NCBI GenBank assembly: GCA_913056185.1
Contig: CAJXLV010000012.1
Location: 3,688 to 67,687 of the forward strand
Direction of reading: 5' to 3'
Length of the DNA stretch: 64,000 nt
Origin: an uncultured Bacteroidota bacterium
GTDB taxonomy: Bacteria; Bacteroidota; Rhodothermia; Rhodothermales; Salinibacteraceae
Shown here: piece by piece, positions 27,356 to 37,276 of the stretch
Position numbering within the stretch: the stretch's first letter is position 1
How the letters are laid out: each line of letters starts with the position of its first letter
Position numbers and translations under genes: made by a program
Notes under the pieces: model-generated
Seen by the model: only the letters and a program-made list of their open reading frames with translations
Databases searched by the model: none
Told to the model about the DNA's origin: nothing

Positions 27356-28090
27356 CTACGCCTCCGCGTCGGCGGGCTCCGTCTCCTTTGGGCGAATTGC
27401 CTCGGCAAAATAGGTCGTCAGGTCCTCCAGCGTGTCCGGGTCGGTCGGCTCGTCGCGCACGATCTCCCCGCCCTCCAGGATGGCGATCCGGTCGCTCACG
27501 TCGGTGACGTGCCCGAGGTCGTGGCTGGAGACGAGCATCGTCGTGTCCCCGCGCCGCGCCTGCAGCAGCTCCTTGAGTTGGATCTGCGACCGCGGGTCGA
27601 GGCTGGCGAACGGCTCGTCGAACACGAGCAGGTCCGGCTGTGGCAGCAGCGCGGCGACGAGGCCCGCCTTGTTCTTGTTGCCGGTGGAAAGGTCACGGAT
27701 GTACTTGGTCGTCTCCCCGATCGGCTCGTCGACGTAGAAGTCCGCGAACTGGGCCAGCCGCTCGTCGACCGTCGCCTCGCTCAGGTCGTAGGTCTGCCCC
27801 ACGAAGTGCCAGTACTCGTCCGGCGTCAGGAAGTCGATCAGGAACGAGGGGCCGAGGTAGGAGCCGGTGCGCTCCTTCCAGTCGAACGCGTCGGCCACAG
27901 TGTCGCCGTCGAGCCGCACCTGCCCCGCGTCGGCCCGGATCAGGTCGAGGACGAGGCGGAGGAAGGTGGTCTTGCCCGCCCCGTTGTTGCCGACGAGGCC
28001 GAGGGCCGTGCCCCGCTCAACCGTCAGGTCGGGGATGGACAACTCAAACTCGTCGTAGCGCTTCGTGAGGGTGTCGGTGGTAAGATTCAT
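27356..28090 (-). CDS. ABC transporter ATP-binding protein
   Basis: GNNGAGKTT, divergent signature LSTGNKNK, FDEP and SSH. Confidence 0.92.
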   Translation of the reverse strand: MNLTTDTLTKRYDEFELSIPDLTVERGTALGLVGNNGAGKTTFLRLVLDLIRADAGQVRLDGDTVADAFDWKERTGSYLGPSFLIDFLTPDEYWHFVGQTYDLSEATVDERLAQFADFYVDEPIGETTKYIRDLSTGNKNKAGLVAALLPQPDLLVFDEPFASLDPRSQIQLKELLQARRGDTTMLVSSHDLGHVTDVSDRIAILEGGEIVRDEPTDPDTLEDLTTYFAEAIRPKETEPADAEA

Positions 28091-28248
28091 CGCTGAAGGA
28101 ACGAGCGGTTGTTGGGTGTACGGCGAATCAGGCGGTGATTGATTTGTGCAGAACTGTTTCAACGTTTCCCTACCCAGATGGATTGAACGCAACCTCTCTT
28201 AACATTCCCGTCTCGGAAGAATCGACCTCACGCAGCACGCCTCACGCA

Positions 28249-29763
28249 TCAGTTCCCCGACGCCCGGAAGCCACGCAGCATGGCGTAGCGGTTGTAGTTG
28301 TACAGCCGCGTAAGGCCGCGCAGCCAGACCGGCAGTGCAAGCAGCGAAAGGAGTCCGAGTGCGGCCACCCCACCAAATTGGAGGACCAGGCGGTCGAACG
28401 AGAACAGAAACAGGAAAGGAACGACGAACAGCGGAAACGTAACGGCCACGCGTCCGCCCGAAAAGTTGGTTTGCATGAACGTCTGCTCGTCCACCGCAAG
28501 GGCTTTGCGGTTGAACGTGGCGCCGGCAACCATGGCGGGCACCACGACCCCGGCGTTGTACAGGAAGAACGTGGTGTGCACGATCAGAAACGGATTCTGC
28601 GACAGAAGCAAGGTCGGAAGCGGGATCAGAAAGCAAAAGAGGGTTCCCCCCTCCAGAAACAGCAACTTTCCGGCCATGCGATGACGGGCAGAGACGGGGC
28701 GGGCCATGCAGGCCTCCACGCCCGTGCCTTCGTAGCTGAAGAGGTTCTGGCCGTGGTAAATCGCGAACACCCCCGTTGCGAACAGGCCCGGGAAGAGCGT
28801 TATGTTGATCAGTTCTAGGGGCGGGGCCGCCCGCAAATCTGCCACCTCGATCGGGAAGACGGCAAATCCCGAAAGTACCAGAACAAAGAAGAGCGCCATA
28901 AAGAAGGTCCAGCGGGTCTGGGCGTTGCGAAGCAGGAGCCGCGCCTCCAAGACGGCTTCTCGCCAGGCGGGCCCGCGCCGCGCGATCCAATCGAGCCCAT
29001 CGCTCGTTCGTCCCGCCGTTCTCGATCGCCGGTTCTGGTCTACGACCATCGCCCGCCGGAGCCAGCGCACGTATCCGCCCACGATGCCGACGAGGCCGAC
29101 CCCTGCGGCCGAAGCGGGCAAGAGCCGTCCCTGCACCGCCCCACCGAAGAGCCACCCCGACACGTCGAGCAGCGACGCAACCCCGCCCGCCACATTGACC
29201 CATTCGAGTCCGGCGCTCGCCACCAAGAGAAACAGGCCCACGGCGGCGAGGACGGGCCGTGCCGACACGCCCCGCCGCAGCATCGGCGTCGCGTAGGTCA
29301 CGGCCACCAGCACGCCCGCCCCCGCGAGTCCAAACCGGAGCGCAGGCCCCAGGGCGCCGTCCAGCGCGGCCTCCACGCAGACCGTCGCCACAAACGCCAG
29401 CGGCACCGCGTTCCAGAGGCTGAAGAGGGACAGTGCCGCCAGCACAGCCACAAGGCCGGACCGGCGGACGGGCAGCGGCAGGTAGGGCCGCAACTCCGCC
29501 CCGATCCCCGACTCCACAAACACACGCACCGCGGCGTAGGCGAGGGCGAACGGCAGCAGCCCCCGGCTCGCCACGAGCAACGGATCGGCGCCCGGCGCCG
29601 CCTCCCGCACCAGATCGTCGAACGCGACTCCCAGCAGAACGAGTCCACCGCCGAGGTACAGCGCCAGGAAGCCGCCCAGGATGAGCGAGAGGCCCCGCCG
29701 CCCTAAGAACGGAACGCGCACGAAGGCGTGGAGGCGGTGGCGAAGCAGGAACCAAAGCGGCAT
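28249..29763 (-). CDS. DUF5687-like polytopic membrane protein, paralogue 4
   Basis: LLLRNAQTR, YLPLPVRR, FLYNAGV and C-terminal RYAMLRGFR. Confidence 0.8.
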   Translation of the reverse strand: MPLWFLLRHRLHAFVRVPFLGRRGLSLILGGFLALYLGGGLVLLGVAFDDLVREAAPGADPLLVASRGLLPFALAYAAVRVFVESGIGAELRPYLPLPVRRSGLVAVLAALSLFSLWNAVPLAFVATVCVEAALDGALGPALRFGLAGAGVLVAVTYATPMLRRGVSARPVLAAVGLFLLVASAGLEWVNVAGGVASLLDVSGWLFGGAVQGRLLPASAAGVGLVGIVGGYVRWLRRAMVVDQNRRSRTAGRTSDGLDWIARRGPAWREAVLEARLLLRNAQTRWTFFMALFFVLVLSGFAVFPIEVADLRAAPPLELINITLFPGLFATGVFAIYHGQNLFSYEGTGVEACMARPVSARHRMAGKLLFLEGGTLFCFLIPLPTLLLSQNPFLIVHTTFFLYNAGVVVPAMVAGATFNRKALAVDEQTFMQTNFSGGRVAVTFPLFVVPFLFLFSFDRLVLQFGGVAALGLLSLLALPVWLRGLTRLYNYNRYAMLRGFRASGN

Positions 29764-29979
29764 GGCGGATCACACATGAACGGATAGAACTCGAACGGCC
29801 GGACGGTAGACCAGCACGACGCGGCACCCGTCTCCACCTCTTTCTCGCCTCAGTGTCGACCTGTTCCCAGCGTCAAATGCGGGGTGATCTCGCATCCGCT
29901 CGCTTTTCAGGTCGCCCCCAGACGCTGCAACAATGCTCGACGGAGACACCCGAGGACCCCCACGGCGATCCGGCGTGCA

Positions 29980-30894
29980 CTACGGATTCCGGGTCGGCGA
30001 CGCCGGTGCCGTTCGTCGCTCATCCTCATGCTCGACGTACGGGAGCGGTTCGTAGAGCGCCCCGCCGCAGCGCCCGAGGAGCCCGACGAGAAGGACGCCC
30101 GAGGCGACCAGGGAGACGCCCCCGAAGACGCCATCGCCCGCCCCGCCCGTGATGAGTTCGAAGCCGGCCTCCACCGGCAGGCCCCCAAACAAGGCATTCG
30201 CGTTCCCCAACGCATGCATCGCGATGGGGGCCCAGAGGCTGCGGGTGTGCACGTAGAGAAGCGTGGTCACCCCCGCAAAGACAAACGCGCCGAGGACGTG
30301 GCCGTGCAGCAGCGCAAACGGCACCGCGGCGGCCCCCAGCGCGAGGGCCGGGCGGTCCCAGGCGTACGCCCAACGCTGATACACGACGCCCCGAAAGAGG
30401 ACCTCCTCCACGAGTGGGGCCGCAACGACCCCCGACCCAATCAGTCGAAGATACTCTCTCGTTCCCGTGGGCGTCTCCACGGCGTTCATCACGTACCGGT
30501 CGGCCAGCCGGGGGGCCACCTGCTCCAGCCACGGCACGAGCAGGTGGAACTCGGCGCTGTTGAGGAGATCGACCGCCAGAACGCCGACGAGAACAGTCCC
30601 CCACGCCGACGGGGACGACGGAAGCGGGCCGAAGAGGGCGGACAGGTCCAGGCCTTGCCCCCACAGGGCCTGGCCGAGCCACCCGACCATCGTGCCCCCG
30701 ATGAGCCCCATTCCGAGCATTCTTTCCGAAATGTCGGGCCCCACCTCGAGCCCGGAGGCGATCAGCAATCCCACCGCCCCGAACAGCGCGCACACGGCCC
30801 AGAGGGCGAGGTGGCGCACGCGGATGCGGTCGAGCGCTGTGTCGGATGTGGATGCTGGAGCAGACGCAGATGAATCGTTGGAAAGCGGACCCAT
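29980..30894 (-). CDS. CPBP (CAAX/Abi-type) intramembrane glutamic protease
   Basis: EEVLFRG, FALLH and AMHALGN motifs intact. Confidence 0.9.
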   Translation of the reverse strand: MGPLSNDSSASAPASTSDTALDRIRVRHLALWAVCALFGAVGLLIASGLEVGPDISERMLGMGLIGGTMVGWLGQALWGQGLDLSALFGPLPSSPSAWGTVLVGVLAVDLLNSAEFHLLVPWLEQVAPRLADRYVMNAVETPTGTREYLRLIGSGVVAAPLVEEVLFRGVVYQRWAYAWDRPALALGAAAVPFALLHGHVLGAFVFAGVTTLLYVHTRSLWAPIAMHALGNANALFGGLPVEAGFELITGGAGDGVFGGVSLVASGVLLVGLLGRCGGALYEPLPYVEHEDERRTAPASPTRNP

Positions 30895-30972
30895 CGGCCG
30901 AAGTGGACGAACGTGTGCGGACGCGGCGTGCGACGGAATGGGAGCGACGGGGTCGGACCCGTGTCGTCTTCG

Positions 30973-31491
30973 TTAGGCAATTTCAAGCCGTCCGTCCAGC
31001 TCTCCGGAGGGGTGATCGATCTCGGCACTCGCCGGCAGGCGGGCGATCAGCTTCTCAATCAGATCGTCGCTGTCCTGAACATGTCGATGAAAGGTGAGGG
31101 CCGGCTCGTGGTCGGCGTCCACGTAGATCTCGACGCTCACGCCCCCAATAAACACGCGGCGCACCTCCTCGAAGGAGACCTCTCGACCGGCTCGGAGGGG
31201 GCGCTCCTTCCGAAGCCGATCCTCCGTCAGGGACAACTCCGAAAGGAGAGAGGGGACCGCCGACACAGCAGCGCCAATCAGTCCCGCAATTGCGCCTGTA
31301 TACGCTCCCCAATTCATCCCGGACAGCCCCTTGATAACCATCGTTCCGGAAATCGCGAGGACCGAGAGGGCAACGATGCCGGCCGTTCCGTACGCCCCCC
31401 ACCGGTAGAGAGGCCCGTGGCGGTAGACCTCCGTATGCTCAAAGGAGCGTTCAGGGGACCGGGCATCGTTGTCCGACGTGCGAGAGCTCAT
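30973..31491 (-). CDS. Hypothetical membrane protein (2 TM helices plus a possible PH-like domain)
   Basis: MSSRTSDND start, two hydrophobic helices, then a beta-rich acidic domain. Confidence 0.6.
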   Translation of the reverse strand: MSSRTSDNDARSPERSFEHTEVYRHGPLYRWGAYGTAGIVALSVLAISGTMVIKGLSGMNWGAYTGAIAGLIGAAVSAVPSLLSELSLTEDRLRKERPLRAGREVSFEEVRRVFIGGVSVEIYVDADHEPALTFHRHVQDSDDLIEKLIARLPASAEIDHPSGELDGRLEIA

Positions 31492-31585
31492 GGTGGAACG
31501 CGGAGGGATGTGCTCGGAGTCATCGATCCTTGACGAAGGGCGCCCGGGACAGATTGACGAAGGGAACCTCCATGCTGCTCGCGTC

Positions 31586-31882
31586 TCACGAGAGAAGGAG
31601 TCTCCCCACCTGCACCCCGGCCGTGAGGACGAAGATCCCAATGCCTGCGTAGCGCCACCCGTTCGCCTCGGCTCCTCGCTCCTCCCGAATCCGTGCCCAG
31701 ACGAAGCATCCACTTCCCACTCCAATCCCAGTGAGGCTTGCGGCCCCGGAGTAGTCGCCGACCCAGAGCGTCAGCCCGATGGCAGCGACCAGCAGTGCGT
31801 TGACGGCCCAAATCGCAGGCCAGTTGATCGGAGAAGAGCTCCAGAAATCGATTTCGGGGCGTTCGGAAGCGGCGCTCGACAT
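31586..31882 (-). CDS. Small hypothetical membrane protein (about 3 TM helices)
   Basis: 98 aa with three hydrophobic stretches, co-oriented with neighbouring genes. Confidence 0.5.
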   Translation of the reverse strand: MSSAASERPEIDFWSSSPINWPAIWAVNALLVAAIGLTLWVGDYSGAASLTGIGVGSGCFVWARIREERGAEANGWRYAGIGIFVLTAGVQVGRLLLS

Positions 31883-32093
31883 TGCAGGGCCACCGGCTTG
31901 GTGTATAGAATTGATGAACGAACACTGTGACAGGTATATTTTTCATCCCAGCACTGTTTCACAGGAGGCCTCACTCCGAGCGCGCGCCCCTGGGTCTTGC
32001 CCAATTCGATCCATCTTTTCGCGGGACGCGGCACCTGATTTGTCGCCGTGTCGTTTTTCTTCGTCGGTTCTTTTCCACCGTCCGCTCTTGTCC

Positions 32094-33596
32094 ATGCCCG
32101 CTCCCATCGAAGCCCTTCGCGCCCATCTCGCCCCCATCGAAGACCTGAAGGCCGCCGCCGCGGTGCTGCGGTGGGACCAGGAGACGCACATGCCGGACGG
32201 CGGCGCGGAGGCGCGCGCACAACAGCTCTCCACGCTCCAGTCCACCGCCCACGAGCGCTTCGTGGCCGAGGAGACCGGTGCGCTGCTCGACCAAGCGGCA
32301 GAGGCCCTCGACGCACCTGCTCCACTCGATCCCGACGCCGCCCTTGTGCGGGTCACGCGGCGCGACTACGAGCGGGCCGTGCGCGTCCCGTCGTCGCTCG
32401 TCGCCGAGCTGTCGAAGGCCACGTCCCAGGCGCAGCAGGCGTGGACCCAGGCCCGGCAGAACGACGACTTCTCGCGGTTCGCCCCGCACCTGGAGCGACT
32501 CGTCGAGCTGTCGGTGGAGAAGGCGGAGGCCATCGGCTACGAGGACGAGCCGTACGACGCCCTCCTCGCGGAGTACGAGCCGGGCCGCACCACCGCCGAG
32601 GTCGCGTCGCTCTTCGACACGCTGCGCAGCGACCTCGTCCCGATTGTCGACGCCATCGCCGAGGCCCCACCGATCGATGATTCGGTGCTCCGCGGCTCGT
32701 ATCCGCAGTCCGACCAGCGGGCGTTCGGACGCTCGGTGATCGCGGACTTTGGGTACGACTTCGACCGGGGGCGGCAGGACGTCTCGGCCCACCCCTTCAC
32801 CACCGCCTTCTCCCCCGACGACGTGCGCCTCACCACGCGCTACGACGAGGACAACGTGGCGTCGGCCCTCTTCTCGACGATCCACGAGGCCGGGCACGGC
32901 CTGTACGAGCAGGGCATCGCCCCGTCGCTCGATCGCACGCCCCTCGGCGACGGCACGGCGCTCAGCACCCACGAGTCGCAGGCGCGCCTCTGGGAGAACC
33001 ACATCGGCCGCAGCCGTCCGTTCTGGCGCCACTACCTGCCCCGCCTGAAAGACGCGTTTCCCGACGCCCTCGGCGACGCGGCCCTGGAGCCGTTCTACCG
33101 CGCGATCAACCGGGTAACCCCGTCCCTGATCCGGGTGGAGGCCGACGAGGTCACCTACCACCTGCACGTGATGCTCCGCTTCGAGCTGGGGCGCGGCCTC
33201 ATCGACGGCTCGGTGTCGGTCAACGACCTGCCGGCGCGCTGGAACGACGCGATGGACACCTATCTCGGCGTGGTGCCGGAGACGGACGCGAACGGCGTGC
33301 TGCAGGACGTGCACTGGTCGCAGGGTGCGTTCGGCTACTTTCCCACCTACACGCTCGGCACCCTCACGGCCGCTCAGCTCATGGAGGCGATCCAGAACGA
33401 CCTTCCGGGCCTGCCCGAGCACATTGCCGAGGGGCGCTTCGGGCCGCTCCTCGACTGGCTTCGGACCCACCTCCACCAGCACGGACGAGTGCTGGACGCA
33501 CCCGATCTTCTGGAACGGGCCACGGGCAAGGCGCTCTCGACTGGGGCCTGGCTCCGGTACGCCCGCGACAAGTTCGGGGCCCTATACAGCCTGTAG
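32094..33596 (+). CDS. Carboxypeptidase, M32 (Taq) family
   Basis: WDQETHMP, HPF, IHEAGH, HESQ, IRVEAD and GYFPTY. Confidence 0.95.
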   Translation: MPAPIEALRAHLAPIEDLKAAAAVLRWDQETHMPDGGAEARAQQLSTLQSTAHERFVAEETGALLDQAAEALDAPAPLDPDAALVRVTRRDYERAVRVPSSLVAELSKATSQAQQAWTQARQNDDFSRFAPHLERLVELSVEKAEAIGYEDEPYDALLAEYEPGRTTAEVASLFDTLRSDLVPIVDAIAEAPPIDDSVLRGSYPQSDQRAFGRSVIADFGYDFDRGRQDVSAHPFTTAFSPDDVRLTTRYDEDNVASALFSTIHEAGHGLYEQGIAPSLDRTPLGDGTALSTHESQARLWENHIGRSRPFWRHYLPRLKDAFPDALGDAALEPFYRAINRVTPSLIRVEADEVTYHLHVMLRFELGRGLIDGSVSVNDLPARWNDAMDTYLGVVPETDANGVLQDVHWSQGAFGYFPTYTLGTLTAAQLMEAIQNDLPGLPEHIAEGRFGPLLDWLRTHLHQHGRVLDAPDLLERATGKALSTGAWLRYARDKFGALYSL

Positions 33597-33739
33597 CCCC
33601 GAACGTCGTGGAGCGGCAGGCGCCCACGCCCCACGCGTCCCCGCCGCCGCGGCCCAAAAACGCGTTGCCGCCTCGGAAACGCGCCGGGACGCGGCTCGTA
33701 GGGCGTGTAGTCAATACTTTTCGGATCCCCGCTTCGTAT

Positions 33740-35098
33740 ATGTCCGTCCCCGCCGTCCAAGACTGGTCGCTTCGTTCCTGGCGCGAGAAGGAGGCGCTCC
33801 AGCAGCCCACGTATCCCAACGATGCTTCGCTGCAAGAGGCGCTGGACCACGTCTCCGCCCTGCCCCCCCTCGTCACCTCGTGGGAAGTGGAACACCTAAA
33901 AACCGAACTGGCCCGCGCTGCGAACGGCGAGCGGTTCCTGTTACAGGGCGGCGAGTGTGCCGAGTCGTTTGGGGACTGCCGGGCTGACGCCATCACGAGC
34001 CGGCTCAAAATTTTGATGCAGATGAGCCTCGTGCTCACCTACGGGCTCAATACCCGCGTCGTGCGCGTCGGGCGGTTCGCCGGGCAGTACGCCAAGCCGC
34101 GGTCGTCCGACACCGAGACACGAGACGGCACCACCCTCCCCAGCTACCGCGGCGACATTATCAACGGCGCGGCCTTTGCCCCCGAGGCGCGCCGCCCCGA
34201 TCCGCAGCGCATGGTCGAGGCCTACGCCAGCTCCTCGCTCACGCTCAATCTCGTGCGGGCCTTGACGGAAGGCGGCTTTGCTGACCTGCGCCACCCGGAG
34301 TACTGGGACCTCGACTTTGTGCAGCATTCTCCGCTGGCGGACGAGTACCACGCCATCGCAGATGCCATCGGCGACACGATCGACTTCCTGGAAACGGTGA
34401 CGGACGAAGAGATCGACTCCGTAGAGGGCGTCACGTTCTACACCAGTCACGAGGCCCTGCTGCTGCCCTACGAAGAGGCCCTCTCCCGCACGGTGCCTCA
34501 CAAGGCCGGCGTGTACAACCTTGGCACCCACCTGCCTTGGGTCGGCAAGCGCACCAACCAGCCGGAGAAGGCCCACGTAGAGTATGCCCGAGGCATCGAA
34601 AACCCGGTGGGCCTCAAGGTGGGCCCAGCCATGACGCCCTCGCGCCTCAAGACGCTTATCCGTACGCTCGACCCCGAGGATGAGCCCGGCAAACTGATGC
34701 TCATCTCTCGCCTTGGGGCGGATGCCATCGGCGACAAACTCGCCCCGCTCATCCAGGCCGTACAGGCCACCGGCCAATCGGTGCTTTGGATTGCGGACCC
34801 CATGCACGGCAACACCGAGAAGACCGATGCTGGGATCAAGACCCGCCGCTTCGACAACGTCCTCGGCGAGCTGGAGCAGGCCATGGACATCCACGCGGCG
34901 GAGGGCTCACACCTGGGGGGGGTACACTTTGAGCTCACCGGCGAAGACGTGACCGAGTGCATTGGGGGAGCACGCGGGCTGAGCGAGGCCGACCTCGGGC
35001 GGGCCTACGAGTCGCACGTCGACCCGCGCCTCAACTACGAGCAGTCCATGGAGATGGCCTTCAGCATCGTCCGCAAGCACCGGCGGCTGCACGACTGA
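33740..35098 (+). CDS. Class II DAHP synthase (3-deoxy-7-phosphoheptulonate synthase)
   Basis: LQGGECAE, GRFAGQYAKPRS, WVGKRT, DPMHGNT, GGVHFELTG and DPRLN. Confidence 0.95.
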   Translation: MSVPAVQDWSLRSWREKEALQQPTYPNDASLQEALDHVSALPPLVTSWEVEHLKTELARAANGERFLLQGGECAESFGDCRADAITSRLKILMQMSLVLTYGLNTRVVRVGRFAGQYAKPRSSDTETRDGTTLPSYRGDIINGAAFAPEARRPDPQRMVEAYASSSLTLNLVRALTEGGFADLRHPEYWDLDFVQHSPLADEYHAIADAIGDTIDFLETVTDEEIDSVEGVTFYTSHEALLLPYEEALSRTVPHKAGVYNLGTHLPWVGKRTNQPEKAHVEYARGIENPVGLKVGPAMTPSRLKTLIRTLDPEDEPGKLMLISRLGADAIGDKLAPLIQAVQATGQSVLWIADPMHGNTEKTDAGIKTRRFDNVLGELEQAMDIHAAEGSHLGGVHFELTGEDVTECIGGARGLSEADLGRAYESHVDPRLNYEQSMEMAFSIVRKHRRLHD

Positions 35099-35122
35099 GG
35101 ATGGCCACGCAGCCGAATGCAT

Positions 35123-35177
35123 GCCTGGAGGGGCCGCCTGGAGGGGCCGCCTGAAAGGGCCACCTGGAGAGGGGGCC
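35123..35177. repeat. 13-bp tandem repeat, about 4 copies, between convergent genes
   Basis: GCCTGGAGGGGCC x2 perfect, then GCCTGAAAGGGCC and ACCTGGAGAGGGGGCC. Confidence 0.8.
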
Positions 35178-35241
35178 AATGCCCGGACGAGAGCGGGGCT
35201 TTCTGCCCTTGTCCCCGTCCGTCCCCCTCATCCGTCCCCCC

Positions 35242-36312
35242 TCATATTTGGACGCCGAACTCCTCCTCCGCCTCAAAGGAGCGCACCAGCGCGGCGTATA
35301 GCTCCACGCAGTGATCCACATCCGTGGTGTCCACCACCTCCACCGGCGAGTGCATATAGCGCAGCGGCACAGAAAGAAGAACACTGGGCACACCGCTCCG
35401 CGTCTTGAAAATGGAGTCAGTATCGGTGCCCGTGCGGCGGCTGCTCGGCTCGTGCTGGAGCGGAATGCCTTCCGCCGCAGCCACCTCCATGACGCGCTCC
35501 ACCAGGTGCGGGTGGTTGGACGTGCCGTGCGTGACCGTGGGCCCACCGCCCAGTTGCACGTCGCCGTGCTTGGAGCTGCTGATGCCGGGCGAATCGGTGG
35601 CGTGGGTCACGTCGAACGCAATCGCGGCATCCGGGGCGAGACGATGCGTCACCATCTTTGCGCCGTGGCCCCCAATCTCCTCCTGCACCGAATTCGCCGC
35701 GACCACCTCCCAGGCCGGGCGGCGCTCCGCCAGCTGGGCCAACGCCCGGGCAATGATAAAGCCGCCGAGACGATTGTCGATGGCGCGAGCCGTGATGCGG
35801 GAGTCCGTTAGCGTCGTTGGCCCTACATCGAACACCATGGGGTGCCCCACCCGAACGCCGCGCTCGTGCACGTCCTCTTTGGTCGACGCGCCGATGTCAA
35901 TGAAGAGCTCGTGGACCTTCGGCACCTTCTCGTTCTTGGTATCGCGGATGTGGATGGCCGTATTGCCCACCACGCCAGTGACCGGCCCGTCGTCCCCGAG
36001 GATGCGCACACGCAGCCCCCGCGCAATGGCGCGGTCGGACCCGCCGATCCGGTTCACGTAGAGAATTCCCTCGTCCGTGATATGCCGCACCATGAACCCA
36101 ATCTCGTCGACGTGGGCATCGAGCAAGACGCGGGGCCCATCGGGAGCGGTGCCCTCGAGGGTAGCCCAGGCCGTGCCGTAGGCGTCGCTGTCTACAGCAT
36201 CGGCATGGGGGCGAACGTACTCGGCCCACACGCGCTGGCCGCGCGCCTCGAATCCGGTGGGACTGGGGGTATCGAGCAGATCAAAGAGAAACGATTGGGC
36301 ATCGGTGGTCAT
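35242..36312 (-). CDS. M42 family metallo-aminopeptidase
   Basis: DAHVDE, IDNR, QEEIG, DVT and RYMHS ligands present. Confidence 0.93.
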   Translation of the reverse strand: MTTDAQSFLFDLLDTPSPTGFEARGQRVWAEYVRPHADAVDSDAYGTAWATLEGTAPDGPRVLLDAHVDEIGFMVRHITDEGILYVNRIGGSDRAIARGLRVRILGDDGPVTGVVGNTAIHIRDTKNEKVPKVHELFIDIGASTKEDVHERGVRVGHPMVFDVGPTTLTDSRITARAIDNRLGGFIIARALAQLAERRPAWEVVAANSVQEEIGGHGAKMVTHRLAPDAAIAFDVTHATDSPGISSSKHGDVQLGGGPTVTHGTSNHPHLVERVMEVAAAEGIPLQHEPSSRRTGTDTDSIFKTRSGVPSVLLSVPLRYMHSPVEVVDTTDVDHCVELYAALVRSFEAEEEFGVQI

Positions 36313-36553
36313 GCGGGAGCAAAAACTTGGAGGAACCAGGGCAGCGACAAGGGGTGAGCATACCTACGTTTCTGTACGGACCGCTCCGGTCGGGTGTCCA
36401 CGCCCCGTTCGAATTTTTGCGAGTTCCACGGCTGTCTCCCACGCGCAGCATGCCCGTGGCCCTCCACGAACCAATAGGGACGCGCGTGGGTGATTATGCA
36501 CCCAGCGCTCCTTCTTCCCACTGTCTCTTCATTCCCCCTTCCGCCCCGCCACT

Positions 36554-37264
36554 ATGCCAAAAACGATTGACCAGACCTATCACATGCTCATTGTGGAGGA
36601 CGACACAGACATTCTGATGGGGCTGGAGGAATACTTTGAACTGGAGGAGTATAGCGTCGAGACGGCAGAAGACGGCGCTGAAGCGCTGCAGAAGATGCAA
36701 GACATGGACAAGTGCGACGTGGTGCTCCTGGACGTCATGCTTCCGAAGAAGGATGGCTTCGAGGTCCTCGAGGAGTCGCAAGAGATGGGCTTCAGCGCAC
36801 CGATTCTTATGATCACGGCCCGCGGCGAACAGGAGTCGAAGCTCAAAGGCTTTGGCCTGGGAGCGGATGATTATGTGACCAAGCCGTTCAACGTGGAAGA
36901 ACTGGCTGCGCGCGTGAAGGCCATCCTGCAACGGACGAAGCCGCCGGCCGAGGCGCCGATGGATGTGTACGAGATTGGGGATGTGGAGGTCAACTTCACC
37001 ACCCACGAGGCCTTTCGGGACGACAAAGAGTTGAACTTCACGGCGTTGGAATTTGACATTCTGCGCTACCTCATTCAGCACAAGGGGCGCACCGTCACAC
37101 GCAAGCAGCTCTTGCGCGACGTGTGGGGGATCGACGAGAACATCATTACCCGCACCATCGACCGCCACATGGCCTCCGTTCGCAAAAAGATAGAGCCGGA
37201 CCCCTCCGACCCCACCTTCATCGAGACTGTGTACGGCATCGGCTACCGGTTTGACGACGAGTAG
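36554..37264 (+). CDS. OmpR/PhoB family response regulator
   Basis: IVEDD, LLDVMLP (phosphoacceptor Asp), DYVTKPF, and a winged helix ending ETVYGIGYRF. Confidence 0.95.
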   Translation: MPKTIDQTYHMLIVEDDTDILMGLEEYFELEEYSVETAEDGAEALQKMQDMDKCDVVLLDVMLPKKDGFEVLEESQEMGFSAPILMITARGEQESKLKGFGLGADDYVTKPFNVEELAARVKAILQRTKPPAEAPMDVYEIGDVEVNFTTHEAFRDDKELNFTALEFDILRYLIQHKGRTVTRKQLLRDVWGIDENIITRTIDRHMASVRKKIEPDPSDPTFIETVYGIGYRFDDE

Positions 37265-37276
37265 CCGCCCGGCATG

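Noticed and set aside
21500-31950. Calling the accessory block a mobile element
   Set aside because: No transposase, integrase, terminal repeat or target duplication was found, so it is kept only as a finding.
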